DNA of 64,000 bases from Camelus ferus (lineage: Eukaryota). The translations under genes and the position numbers were made by a program. The DNA lies in the NCBI RefSeq assembly GCF_009834535.1, contig NC_045696.1:52640001-52704000 (forward strand). The letters are read 5' to 3'. Of this stretch, positions 63,311 through 64,000 are shown piece by piece. Within the stretch, counting starts at the first letter, position 1. Each line of letters opens with the position of its first letter. The notes beneath the pieces were generated by a model that was not told where the DNA came from, did not search any database, and saw only the letters and a list, made by a program, of their open reading frames with translations.

Positions 63311-64000
63311 TAAGAAATTGAACACTAAACTAACTAAAAATGTGCTACTAAAATCAAAACATACTAGATTATGCCTTTTGATAAGAATATTCTTAAACCA
63401 TGATTTAAGATTCTCCTAATATTCCCTCACTGTCAGGGTCCAGAAACTCAGAGCCAAGGGTAAGTCAGCCTTGGATAAACAGATTGTCTGGCCTAGGCCA
63501 CCAATCTGTCCAACATTTGTGACCTATAAAGATTCTTCCTGCAAGCATCTCTGCTTACGCCAACTGTTTATATGCACAGTGGAAACTTCCAAAGCTTCTG
63601 TTCCCAGGTTTGCTTTGCTTATACAACTAACTGTTACTGTACTGGGACATTGCTTTTTCCTTTTTTTCTTTCTTCCTTTTTCCCTTTCTTCCTTTCTTCC
63701 TTTCAGAGCCAAGAAAGGCTCAATTAACCCATATCTTTGATCAAGGATAGAGGTTGAAGCACAAGACCTGAAGGTTATAGCATTTACACTTTGCACAGTG
63801 TCTTGATGATGGAGCAAAGACTCAGGGTTGGCTACTATAGGTGGAGATTCAGAAAGGGTCTGATGGAAGAGCATGAGAAGGAGATCACACATATGCTTCA
63901 AATCACTCTGAAGAAATGGAAGAAAATATAAATAATCTAAGACAAAGGAGGGGAAGCTCTCTACAGGTATTCTGAATTAAACGTGGCCCCTCAGAAATAT

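Larger units (their letters stand above)
41466..64000 (+). other. GAP43: GAP43 intron 1 (partial, runs off the window)
   Basis: Begins at the GT donor after codon 10. No ORF encoding the exon 2 continuation (VEKND... / IQ motif) appears downstream in the ORF track. Confidence 0.9.

Noticed and set aside
1..64000. CRISPR array, operon or other prokaryote-type system; GAP43 exon 2; processed pseudogene
   Set aside because: The sequence is clearly mammalian; there are no regularly spaced repeat-spacer units, no exon 2 peptide in the ORF track, and no recognisable retrocopied mRNA.

Overview
Mammalian genomic DNA, very probably camelid: it carries two tRNA-Ala-derived SINEs of the Vic-1 type and artiodactyl-type L1 3' ends. 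The only protein-coding sequence I can support is the first coding exon of GAP43 (neuromodulin) on the + strand at 41436-41465, MLCCMRRTKQ followed by a GT donor. It is preceded by the CCAAT/TATA/AP-1 promoter and a purine-rich 5' UTR. The window is therefore about 41 kb of gene-free upstream DNA plus the first 22.5 kb of intron 1; exon 2 is not in the window. The rest is mostly ancient interspersed repeats (MIR, L2, L3/CR1, L1, MaLR/ERV LTRs, hAT and Tigger elements), several nested and with visible target-site duplications. I see no new multi-gene system. The observations most worth following up are: (1) a 108-nt indel-free hairpin at 25521-25628 whose non-Watson-Crick positions are mostly G-U pairs on the + strand; (2) an unexplained 161-bp, about 92% identical direct duplication in intron 1; (3) several RE1/NRSE-like sites around exon 1; (4) two retrotransposons inserted one after the other into the same 12-bp target site. 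Repeat family names come from my memory of consensus sequences, and boundaries without TSDs are approximate.
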